Below are positions 7,748 to 15,779 of a stretch of 20,353 nucleotides of DNA, piece after piece. Under the pieces are notes generated by a model, which saw only the letters and a list, made by a program, of their open reading frames with translations, searched no databases and was not told the origin of the DNA. Source of the DNA: an uncultured virus (IMG/VR IMGVR_UViG_3300006149_000734) (Duplodnaviria; Heunggongvirae; Uroviricota; Caudoviricetes); the IMG/VR virus record IMGVR_UViG_3300006149_000734, one strand, 5' to 3'. The translations under genes and the position numbers were made by a program. Position 1 is the first letter of the stretch; each line of letters begins with the position of its first letter.

Positions 7748-7972
7748 TCAGGCCACCTCCTTTGCGCTCTCCACCCACATTGTGGTGTTCGCGTGTCCGA
7801 GGTAGAGGATGTACTCTCGTTCGTCCTCATCTTGGGTGTCAACCACCGCGGCGTACTCGTAGTTGATGGCGGTTACCTCGTAGTCCAGTTCTTCCAGTTC
7901 CTCGACCATCTCGTTCTGCCGCGTCCAGAATTTGCCCTCCACGTTCATCATGACCTTTTCGATTGCTGTCAT
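7748..7972 (-). CDS. Small highly acidic protein, first gene of the leftward accessory operon
   Basis: GAGGA RBS; 74 aa with 18 D/E versus 5 K/R by manual count. Confidence 0.8.
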   Translation of the reverse strand: MTAIEKVMMNVEGKFWTRQNEMVEELEELDYEVTAINYEYAAVVDTQDEDEREYILYLGHANTTMWVESAKEVA

Positions 7973-7991
7973 TTCTGCTTCCTCGCTTTCG

Positions 7992-8045
7992 GTTTTTTAG
8001 ACAACTTGTAATGTCGGTTAAGGTGGCTACACTGGCCTGTGGATA
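7992..8045. mobile_element. Putative hybrid attachment site (attP-derived arm + core + attB-derived arm inside phage pol)
   Basis: Non-coding GTTTTTTAGACAACTTGTAATGTCGGTT abuts the polymerase codons AAG GTG GCT...; TTTAG (7996-8000) is 19 bp from an AA dinucleotide (8020-8021) at the point where polymerase similarity begins. Confidence 0.6.
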
Positions 8046-8643
8046 TCAGGGGAGCGTTGGCGCACTGGTTCAGATGGGCGCCCTGGAATCGGGCATCCCC
8101 GAGGATGAACTGCCAGGAATCGTGAAGATGTGGCGCAAGGCCAATACGAATATCGTCCGCTTCTGGTATGACGTGGAGGATGCAGCGATCAGCGCGGTCC
8201 AAGGCAATCCAACCGCGCTTGACCATGGTATCCGGTTTGAGTGCGAGGCGGACTATCTATTTATCACGCTCCCTTCCGGGCGGCGATTGGCCTACTACCA
8301 ACCAGAGCTTCAGCCGGAACCGAAGTTTGACAAGATGGGCCTTACCTACAAGGGCATGGGCCAGAACAAACAGTATATCCGGCAAAAAACCTATGGCGGG
8401 AAGCTGGTGGAGAATATCACCCAAGCCACCGCCCGGGACTGTCTGCGGGATGCTATGACCGCTCTGGATGCCGCCGGATACCGCATTGTTTTCCATGTCC
8501 ATGATGAAGTCATAGCGGATATGCCTACGGGTACCGGCTCTCTGGCGGAAATGCAGGAGATTATGGGACGCCCGTTGTCTTGGGCTCCAAGTCTGCCCCT
8601 TCGGGCGGCCGGCTTCGAGGCGGATTTCTACATGAAGGATTAA
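8020..8643 (+). pseudogene. C-terminal fragment of a phage family A DNA polymerase, truncated inside motif B
   Basis: Begins at KVATLACGYQG (K...Y of motif B, upstream R missing), contains TYGGKLVENITQATARD and motif C VFHVHDEV, ends with FYMKD. No motif A, exonuclease domain or RBS upstream. Confidence 0.92.
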
Positions 8644-8655
8644 GGGGGGCATGGA

Positions 8656-8964
8656 ATGAGAAAAGCGATTGCAATCGATTTTGATGGTTGTCTATGCGAG
8701 GACGCGTACCCTCAGATTGGTGACCCGCATTGGGATGTCATTTCTTTAGCGATTCAAGAGCAACGGTCGGGAGCGGGGTTAATCCTATGGACCTGTCGGG
8801 AAGGTCGGCTTCTCCAAGAGGCGGTAGCTGCCTGCGCCCGGTGGGGGTTGAATTTTGACGCTGTAAATGAAAGTTTACCAGAATGGATTGCCGCTTTTGG
8901 AACGCGGCCCCGGAAGGTTGGAGCTACCGAGTATTGGGATGATCGAGCGATACGCGTTCAGTAG
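8656..8964 (+). CDS. Minimal (capless) HAD-superfamily hydrolase
   Basis: Motif I IAIDFDGC, motif II LWTCR, K and YWDDRA motif IV. Confidence 0.85.
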   Translation: MRKAIAIDFDGCLCEDAYPQIGDPHWDVISLAIQEQRSGAGLILWTCREGRLLQEAVAACARWGLNFDAVNESLPEWIAAFGTRPRKVGATEYWDDRAIRVQ

Positions 8965-8973
8965 GAGGAAACT

Positions 8974-11385
8974 ATGCCAAATTTGAAATATGATGGGGAG
9001 ATTCATATTGCCGTCTACCCCTCCAGGCAGACGAAAGTCGGCCAGAACAAAAAGCTCCAGTGGTCCGCGTTCCTTGACCAGCTTCTCAGCACGACCCGGA
9101 CGAAGGAAACCATACGGGACTACTTCAAGATGGGGCGCAAGGAACAGGACACCATCAAGGACGTTGGCGGATTCGTCGGGGGCTGGCTGAAAGGCGGCCG
9201 CCGCAAGACGGGTTGTGTGGAACACCGCACGCTGCTCACCCTGGACGCTGATCTTGCCCAGGCGGATTTGCTGGATATGTTCGATCTGTCCTACGGCTGT
9301 GCGGCGGCGGTCTACTCTACCCACAAGCACACCCCGGAAAAGCCCCGGCTTCGGTTTATCGCTCCCCTCAACCACCCCGTGACCGCCGAGGAATACGAGG
9401 CCATTGGCCGGCGCGTGGCCTATGATCTAGGCATAGACCAATTCGACGACACCAGCTACCAGCCCACGCGCCTGATGTTCTACGCCAGTACCGCGGCGGA
9501 CGGGGAATTTTTCAAAGACTTCCGGGATGGCCCCTGGCTGGACCCGGATGCGGTACTGGGGCAATACCACGATTGGCGCGACACGTCCTATTGGCCCACG
9601 TCCTCCAGGATGGCGGATGTCCGAAAGCGGGAGGCCAAGAAGCAAGGGGACCCCTTGGAGAAGCCCGGCATCGTGGGGGCGTTCTGCCGGTGCTATGACA
9701 TCGATGCAGCGCTTGAGAAATTCCTGCCGGGTGTTTACACTCCTTGCGCAATAGCTGACCGCTACACCTACGCCAAGGGCTCCACATCGGCGGGGCTGGT
9801 CCTCTACGACAACGGCCTGTTCGCCTACTCCAACCACGCCACTGATCCCGCCTCCGGAAAGCTGTGCAACGCCTTTGATCTGGTCCGTATCCATCTATAC
9901 GGGGAACAGGACGAGGACACTTCCCCCGACACGCCTATGAGCCGCCGGCCGTCGTTCCTGTCTATGCAGGACTTGGCGGCGGGGGATACGGAGGTAAAAC
10001 GCCTGCTGAATCGGGAGCGCCTGGATCGGGCCAAGGCCGACTTTGAAAGCCCAATTACAGACATGGACGATGAAAGCTGGGCTGAAGAACTGGAAGTGGA
10101 CCGCAAAGGCAAGGTGCTTTCTACTATTGACAACGTGTATATCATCCTGCTCCACGACCCGCTATTGAAAGGTGCGGTGTGCTACAACGATCTAAAAGTG
10201 CGTCCTGTGGCCCTGCGGTCCCTGCCTTGGAGGAAGGTGGCCGACACGGTGAACGGAAGTACCTGGACCGACGCTGATGACAGCGCCCTCCGGCGGTATC
10301 TGGAGAAAATCTATAAGCTGACAGGAAAGGAGAAAATTATGGATGGCATGATAAATGCGGCCAAGGACCATTCTATTCACCCTATCAAAGACTATCTGGA
10401 AAGCCTCTCATGGGATGGTGTGCCCCGCCTGGACACCCTCTTAGTAGATTACCTTGGTGCGGAGGATACACCGTACATACGGGCGGTCACGCGCAAAACA
10501 TTCACGGCAGCGGTAGCCCGTATCTTTAACCCCGGCTGCAAATTCGATTTTGTGTTGGTACTGGCGGGCCCCCAGGGGCGCGGCAAGAGTACGCTGGTGG
10601 CGAAGATGTCCAAGGGCTGGTACACGGATAGCCTATCGGGGATCGGGACCAAGGAGGCCTTTGAGGGCATTCAGGGGTATTGGCTGGTGGAGCTGGGAGA
10701 GCTGGCTGCTATGCGCAAGCTGGAAATCGAGACCATTAAGAACTTTATCAGTAAGCAGGTGGACAGCTACCGGGCCGCTTATGGACGCCGGGTAGAGGAT
10801 CACCCCCGCCAGTGCATCTTCATAGGCACCACCAATTCTACCAGCTTTCTCCGGGACGATACCGGTAACCGCCGGTTCTGGCCGGTAAGGCTGGGAGATC
10901 GGCCTCCAGCGAAAACCGTATGGTACGACCTGACGGCACCGGTCATTGACCAGCTATGGGCCGAGGCGGCAGCGCTGTATAACAGCGGCGAAACCCTGTT
11001 CCTGCCCCCTGAGCTGGATGCGCAGGCGCAGGAACAGCAGGCGAGATTTACCGAGGATGACCCCCGGCGCGGGCTGGTGGAGGATTTTCTGGCTGTCCAG
11101 CTCCCGGCAGATTGGAAAACCCGAAGCAAGGGCGAACGGCAGAGCTGGTTCATGGAGAGCGCGTCCATCAGGACGGTTGGAGAACACCTCCGGGAGTACA
11201 TCAGCGCTGTGGAGGTTTGGTCCGAGTGTTTTGGGAACAATCCGAGCCGCTTTCCCCGGCAGGACCGGGGGGAAGTCAACACCATTCTGCGGCAGCTTCC
11301 AGGCTGGGAAGAGGAAACCGGGCGGCAGCGGTGCGGGCCGTATGGGCTTCAAATCCGTTTCCGGCGCGTATCCGCAGAGCTGTAA
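8974..11385 (+). CDS. Phage primase/helicase with virulence-associated E (VirE/VapE) ATPase domain
   Basis: N-terminal primase-like motifs (GGFVGG, LTLDAD, YSTHKH..PRLR), Walker A GPQGRGKST, Walker B-like VELGEL, GTTN...DDTGNRRFWP; AGGAGG RBS. Confidence 0.93.
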   Translation: MPNLKYDGEIHIAVYPSRQTKVGQNKKLQWSAFLDQLLSTTRTKETIRDYFKMGRKEQDTIKDVGGFVGGWLKGGRRKTGCVEHRTLLTLDADLAQADLLDMFDLSYGCAAAVYSTHKHTPEKPRLRFIAPLNHPVTAEEYEAIGRRVAYDLGIDQFDDTSYQPTRLMFYASTAADGEFFKDFRDGPWLDPDAVLGQYHDWRDTSYWPTSSRMADVRKREAKKQGDPLEKPGIVGAFCRCYDIDAALEKFLPGVYTPCAIADRYTYAKGSTSAGLVLYDNGLFAYSNHATDPASGKLCNAFDLVRIHLYGEQDEDTSPDTPMSRRPSFLSMQDLAAGDTEVKRLLNRERLDRAKADFESPITDMDDESWAEELEVDRKGKVLSTIDNVYIILLHDPLLKGAVCYNDLKVRPVALRSLPWRKVADTVNGSTWTDADDSALRRYLEKIYKLTGKEKIMDGMINAAKDHSIHPIKDYLESLSWDGVPRLDTLLVDYLGAEDTPYIRAVTRKTFTAAVARIFNPGCKFDFVLVLAGPQGRGKSTLVAKMSKGWYTDSLSGIGTKEAFEGIQGYWLVELGELAAMRKLEIETIKNFISKQVDSYRAAYGRRVEDHPRQCIFIGTTNSTSFLRDDTGNRRFWPVRLGDRPPAKTVWYDLTAPVIDQLWAEAAALYNSGETLFLPPELDAQAQEQQARFTEDDPRRGLVEDFLAVQLPADWKTRSKGERQSWFMESASIRTVGEHLREYISAVEVWSECFGNNPSRFPRQDRGEVNTILRQLPGWEEETGRQRCGPYGLQIRFRRVSAEL

Positions 11386-11600
11386 GGACTGATACGAGGG
11401 TTACAAGCAGTGTATCAAAAATCTCTGTCGTATCCGTAGTCCGGATACGGCTCAACGCCAGTGATTTCAAGGCATAAGGCCCTCTGTATCCCAAGTATCA
11501 GTTTCTATTATGAAATATATAAATTAAAGAGAAATTACACGCTTAGCGCGCTTAATGCGCGTATGTGTATACGCGCGCGTGCGCGAGAAACAGAGACACA
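11368..11600. other. Probable phage replication origin region
   Basis: Seven GTATC/GATAC copies (11368, 11391, 11412, 11430, 11444, 11486, 11495), palindrome CGTATCCG-N5-CGGATACG (11429-11449), AT-rich tract near 11500-11540, and a purine-pyrimidine alternation at 11555-11585. Confidence 0.6.
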
Positions 11601-11637
11601 CCGAAAACTCCAACGGGTTATAAATTGGGAGGCACCT

Positions 11638-11925
11638 ATGGAAAAAGCAGTAGAGACGTACCTGCGGGAGCAGGTGCGCAAGGCCGGCGGACTGGCATTG
11701 AAACTGGTTTGCCCCGGCTGGACTGGTGTGCCGGACCGCCTCATTCTTTTACCGGGCGGACGGATATTCTTCGCGGAAACCAAAGACCTAGGGAAAACAC
11801 CGAAGCGGCGGCAGAAATATGTGCATAGCCGGCTCCGAGAGCTGGGCTTCACCGTGTTTGTCCCGGACAGTAAAGAAGCCGTAGACCAGATGATGGTTTA
11901 CATAACAAGTGAGGTGGGGAATTGA
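11638..11925 (+). CDS. VRR-NUC domain nuclease (Holliday junction resolvase-like)
   Basis: GGAGG RBS, ATG 11638; GVPDRLILLPGGRIFFAETK, a PD-(D/E)xK motif. Confidence 0.92.
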   Translation: MEKAVETYLREQVRKAGGLALKLVCPGWTGVPDRLILLPGGRIFFAETKDLGKTPKRRQKYVHSRLRELGFTVFVPDSKEAVDQMMVYITSEVGN

Positions 11926-12140
11926 TGGAGAATGAAGGTAAAATGGCATATAAGAATTGCTGGGACCATCCGTTTTCTGATCGAGTGTGGCACGAGTGTG
12001 GAGCTTGCAGGGGTATAGTATCAAAAAAGGCAAAGGTCTGTCGGCATCATGGTGCAACCTTTATCGGGGCATATTTTGGATATTCCAGACCCCGGAAAGA
12101 AGAGCTTGCTGAACGGAAGGTGAGGGATTGTGAAATATAG
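11925..12140 (+). CDS. Small Cys/His-containing hypothetical protein
   Basis: GAGGTG RBS; overlaps VRR-NUC stop and helicase start. Confidence 0.55.
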   Translation: MENEGKMAYKNCWDHPFSDRVWHECGACRGIVSKKAKVCRHHGATFIGAYFGYSRPRKEELAERKVRDCEI

Positions 12141-13494
12141 ACCACACCCCTATCAGACATTTTGTATTGACTATGCCTTGGGTCACTCCGCCGCCGGCCT
12201 ATTCCTAAAGCCTGGCATGGGGAAAACGTCTATCGCATTGACGGCGGCGGACCGGCTTCTATATGATAGCTTCGAGGTATCTAAGGTCCTGGTGATTGCC
12301 CCTTTGCGGGTAGCGGAGGATACCTGGAGCCGGGAGAGCGAGAAGTGGGACCACCTGAAGCACCTGCGTGTGAGCCGGGTGTTGGGAAGTGCACGGGAGC
12401 GTCGGGCGGCACTGGCGAGAAAAGCGGACGTATATTGCATTAACCGTGAGAACGTCCCATGGCTGGTGAAAGCGTATGGACTTGGCTGGCCTTTCGACAT
12501 AGTGATTGTCGATGAGCTGTCCAGCTTCCGCAATCCCAGTGCCCAGCGATTTAAGGCGCTGCGGAAGGTTCGGCCATTGATAAAGCACCTGTGGGGCTTG
12601 ACGGGGACTCCCCGTCCCCGGAGCCTGCTGGACCTGTGGGCACAGGTATACTTACTGGACCAAGGGATACGGCTGGGCAAGACCTTCACCGAGTATAAAA
12701 ACCGGTTCTTCATCCCGGGGCGCCGGAATGGGTATGTCATTTACGACTGGATCCCCAGACCGGGAGCGGCAGACGAGATTTACAGCCTGATTTCCGATAT
12801 TTGTATTAGTTTGGAAATCAAGGGTAATGTGAAGATGCCGGAACTGATGGAAACGGTGCGGACTGTAGTGTTGTCTCCGGCGGCCCGGACACAGTATGAC
12901 AGCATGGAGCGTGACGCAATCCTGGCCCTGGAAGGGACCGTCATTGACGCGGGGAGCGCGGCGGCAGTCAATGGGAAGCTGATGCAGATTGCCGGAGGCG
13001 CGGTTTACGATGAGGATCGTCGTGTCCATGAGCTGAACACTGAGAAGCTGGACACCTTGGAGGATATTATCGCGGAGGCTGCCGGGGAGCCGGTGCTGGT
13101 TGCCTATCGGTATCAACACGAGCGGGACAGGATTCTGGCGCGTTTCCCTCAAGCGGTGCAGCTAAAGGACAGCAGTACCATAGCTGCCTGGAACCGGGGC
13201 GAGATTCCCCTTCTGCTGGCGCATCCCGCTGGAGCTGGGCATGGGCTGAATCTTCAGGACGGCGGGCATATCATCGTATGGTTTGGCCCGACCTATGACT
13301 TGGAGCTGGACGAGCAATTCACAGACCGGCTATACCGGCAGGGGCAAAGGTCTACTACCAGCGTAATTTATCTGGTAGCCGAGGGGACCGTGGAACAGGA
13401 TGCGATGGCCGCCCTGCGGGAAAAAGCTGACGGGCAAAATGCTATGATGTCCGCGATTAGGGCCAGAATTAAGAAATACACCGGGGGGAGGTAA
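12130..13494 (+). CDS. SNF2-family (superfamily 2) phage helicase
   Basis: PGMGKT, VIVDELS, GLTGTP, AGHGLNLQ, RLYRQGQ motifs. Confidence 0.95.
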   Translation: MKYRPHPYQTFCIDYALGHSAAGLFLKPGMGKTSIALTAADRLLYDSFEVSKVLVIAPLRVAEDTWSRESEKWDHLKHLRVSRVLGSARERRAALARKADVYCINRENVPWLVKAYGLGWPFDIVIVDELSSFRNPSAQRFKALRKVRPLIKHLWGLTGTPRPRSLLDLWAQVYLLDQGIRLGKTFTEYKNRFFIPGRRNGYVIYDWIPRPGAADEIYSLISDICISLEIKGNVKMPELMETVRTVVLSPAARTQYDSMERDAILALEGTVIDAGSAAAVNGKLMQIAGGAVYDEDRRVHELNTEKLDTLEDIIAEAAGEPVLVAYRYQHERDRILARFPQAVQLKDSSTIAAWNRGEIPLLLAHPAGAGHGLNLQDGGHIIVWFGPTYDLELDEQFTDRLYRQGQRSTTSVIYLVAEGTVEQDAMAALREKADGQNAMMSAIRARIKKYTGGR

Positions 13495-13500
13495 CTGACT

Positions 13501-13701
13501 ATGACAAGAAATAAATATCCTGGGTGCTGCTGCCGCTGCGGGCAGTGGGTCGAAATTGGCTATGGGTATTTCGAGAAAGTCCACAGTCCGGCACATGGAA
13601 AACCGAAGTGGCGTATCAAGTGCGTTAGGTGCGCCAGCGGCAGAGAGCTGACCGATAAGGGCCGGGGCATGATCCGGGCGAAAAAGGCAGCGCAGAAGTA
13701 A
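13501..13701 (+). CDS. Small zinc-finger hypothetical protein
   Basis: GGAGGT RBS; CCRC and CVRC pairs. Confidence 0.7.
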   Translation: MTRNKYPGCCCRCGQWVEIGYGYFEKVHSPAHGKPKWRIKCVRCASGRELTDKGRGMIRAKKAAQK

Positions 13702-13727
13702 AAAATCAAGAAAAGCGGGGTGGGGCA

Positions 13728-14162
13728 ATGACTTTGGCAGAGCTATCCAAGTATTTCAAACTGCGGAGCAGGCAGAACCGGAATCGGATAATGCTTAGGG
13801 CTTTGCAGGATAGGGCTCACACCGGGGTACCTGGGGCGCAGGTTATTACCGGGATGCCCCATGCGCCGGGAGTGCGGGATGCGGTTGGGGACCTGATCGT
13901 GGAGATTGAGGACGTGAAAGGAGAAATCCAACGTCTGGAGATCGAAATGGGCCGGGTGAAGCGGGAAATTTCCGGCTATATTGAAACCATTCCCGATATT
14001 CAAACACGGTTGATTTTCCGTCTGCGCTTCCTGCGGTGTATGACATGGGATGAAGTCGCAGACACGATTGGCGGGCGGAATACGGTCAATGGGGTAAAGA
14101 AAACCTGCTATCGGTATTTAGATGCGGAGAAGGCCAAACGGAAAGCGGAGGCCGGAAATTGA
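13728..14162 (+). CDS. ArpU/RinA/DUF1492-like phage late transcriptional activator
   Basis: Coiled coil followed by sigma region-4-like HTH (IFRLRFLRCMTWDEVADTIG); last gene of the replication block. Confidence 0.8.
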   Translation: MTLAELSKYFKLRSRQNRNRIMLRALQDRAHTGVPGAQVITGMPHAPGVRDAVGDLIVEIEDVKGEIQRLEIEMGRVKREISGYIETIPDIQTRLIFRLRFLRCMTWDEVADTIGGRNTVNGVKKTCYRYLDAEKAKRKAEAGN

Positions 14163-14166
14163 AAGT

Positions 14167-14227
14167 TGTCCCGCGATGTCCCGCCATGGCACTTGACGGC
14201 CCGCAACCATATGTGGTATGGTAAGAT
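14167..14227 (+). promoter_or_regulatory. Late promoter with tandem activator boxes
   Basis: TGTCCCGC direct repeats at 14167 and 14177 (10-bp period), then TTGACG (14193-14198), 18 bp, TGgTATGGT (-10 at 14217-14222). Confidence 0.65.
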
Positions 14228-14249
14228 TGTAAAATCCTAAATCAGCCGG

Positions 14250-14287
14250 GCGGCCTTCTTGGAAAAGAGAAGGCCGCTATTCTTTTT
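14250..14287 (+). terminator. Terminator-like hairpin in the late leader
   Basis: GCGGCCTTCT/AGAAGGCCGC 10-bp stem followed by TATTCTTTTT. Confidence 0.6.
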
Positions 14288-14402
14288 GGGAAGGAGGGCA
14301 CCTGCCGCCGCGTTTCTCCTTTGCGCGGTGGTGAAGTCCGGATCGGGTGCTGGTCGCCAACAGCGCCTGGGAAGGGCAGATTACAGAAGGAGGAATTTTT
14401 CA

Positions 14403-15779
14403 ATGTATGGTTTTATTGTGCTTGCAGTGTATACCGCCTTGATGCTGGTGGTTACAGTCTGTCTCTCGAGAAAGGCAAAAACAGCTGGAAGCTTCCACGT
14501 TGCTGATCGGAGGATTGGAATGGTGCAAAGCGCTATGAGTATTGCGGCCACCTGGATATGGGCGCCGGCGCTTTTCACGTCGGCAGAAAAAGCCTATCTC
14601 AACGGCTGGTCGGGGCTGTTTTGGTTTCTGGTTCCCAACGTGATATGTTTGTTGATCTTTGTACCCTTCGGGAAGAAAATGCGAAAGCAAGCCCCGGAGG
14701 GTATTACTCTGTCCGGTTATATGCGGGGACGGTATCATTCCAAGTCGGTACATGGCGTATATCTCTTTGAGCTGGCAGCGCTGTCTGTCCTTTCAACGGC
14801 GGTGCAGCTGCTGGCCGGAGCAAAGATTCTGGCGTCGGTGACGGGCTGGCCGTTCTGGTTGCTGACGATGGTGCTGGCGGCAATCGCCTTTTCCTATTCG
14901 CAGTATTCGGGGATTCGGGCGTCAGTGCTGACTGATATGATCCAGATGTTGTTCATGCTGGCCTGCTGTGTGCTGCTGGTTCCCTGGGCGCTTTCTGCGG
15001 ATACCGGCGTGGTGGATATGCTTCATGGACTTTCTGGCGCATCGGGGCAGTACGCCAGCCTTTTTAATGCGAACGGCCGGGAAGTATTTCTGTCGTTCGG
15101 TCTACCGACAGCTATAGGCCTGATTGCCGCACCCTTCGGGGATCAATGCTTCTGGCAGAGGGCCTTTTCAATTCGAGAGGATAAGATGGACGGTGCGTTC
15201 CGGCTGGGGGCGCTGCTGTTCGCGGTGGTACCACTGTCTATGGGTATCCTTGGATTGGTCGCCGCCGGTTCGGGCTATGTGGCACACGAGAGTGGTATGG
15301 TTAACTTTGAGCTGGTGGCTAGCCTGTTCCCGGCTTGGGTCATGCTGCCTTTCCTGTTCATGGTAATCTCCGGGCTGTTGTCTACTGCGGACAGCAACCT
15401 GTGTGCGGCCGCGTCCCTGACCAGTGACTTCGGCGGGAGTATGCGAACGGCAAAGGCGGCTATGTTGATGCAGCTGGCTTTGGCTATCGCGATCGCCAAT
15501 GTCCCGGGTTTGACCGTGACGGACCTGTTTTTGATTTACGGCACCCTTCGGGCCACGACAATGCTTCCCACGGTTTTGACGCTGAACGGAAACGCCCTGT
15601 CCCCGGGGGGGATTACGGTGGGCGTTGCAGCGTCGCTGGCGGTCGGGATGACGGTTTTCATTCTGGGGACCGTCTGCGGCAACGCGGTATTGAAAACCGC
15701 GGGCAGCTTGCTGGCGGTTTCGCTTTCCGGCTGTATCAGTCTGGCAGCCGCCCCCAGAAGTGAGGGGGTGCGAGCATGA
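14403..15779 (+). CDS. Sodium:solute symporter (SSS/SLC5-like) membrane transporter
   Basis: AAGGAGG RBS, ATG 14403; about 13 hydrophobic segments; SIAATWIWA, YSGIRASVLTDMIQ, DQCFWQRAFS, SGLLSTADS motifs. Confidence 0.9.
   Translation: MYGFIVLAVYTALMLVVTVCLSRKAKTAGSFHVADRRIGMVQSAMSIAATWIWAPALFTSAEKAYLNGWSGLFWFLVPNVICLLIFVPFGKKMRKQAPEGITLSGYMRGRYHSKSVHGVYLFELAALSVLSTAVQLLAGAKILASVTGWPFWLLTMVLAAIAFSYSQYSGIRASVLTDMIQMLFMLACCVLLVPWALSADTGVVDMLHGLSGASGQYASLFNANGREVFLSFGLPTAIGLIAAPFGDQCFWQRAFSIREDKMDGAFRLGALLFAVVPLSMGILGLVAAGSGYVAHESGMVNFELVASLFPAWVMLPFLFMVISGLLSTADSNLCAAASLTSDFGGSMRTAKAAMLMQLALAIAIANVPGLTVTDLFLIYGTLRATTMLPTVLTLNGNALSPGGITVGVAASLAVGMTVFILGTVCGNAVLKTAGSLLAVSLSGCISLAAAPRSEGVRA

Noticed and set aside
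7963..8019. Treating ORF 7963-8643 (or ATG 8011) as a complete small polymerase gene
   Set aside because: The leading residues are not polymerase-like, there is no RBS, and motif A and the motif B arginine are absent, so it could not be an active polymerase.
4189..8019. Group I/II intron or intein interrupting the polymerase
   Set aside because: Upstream DNA is an antisense multi-gene operon plus integrase. No homing endonuclease, reverse transcriptase or intein motifs are visible.
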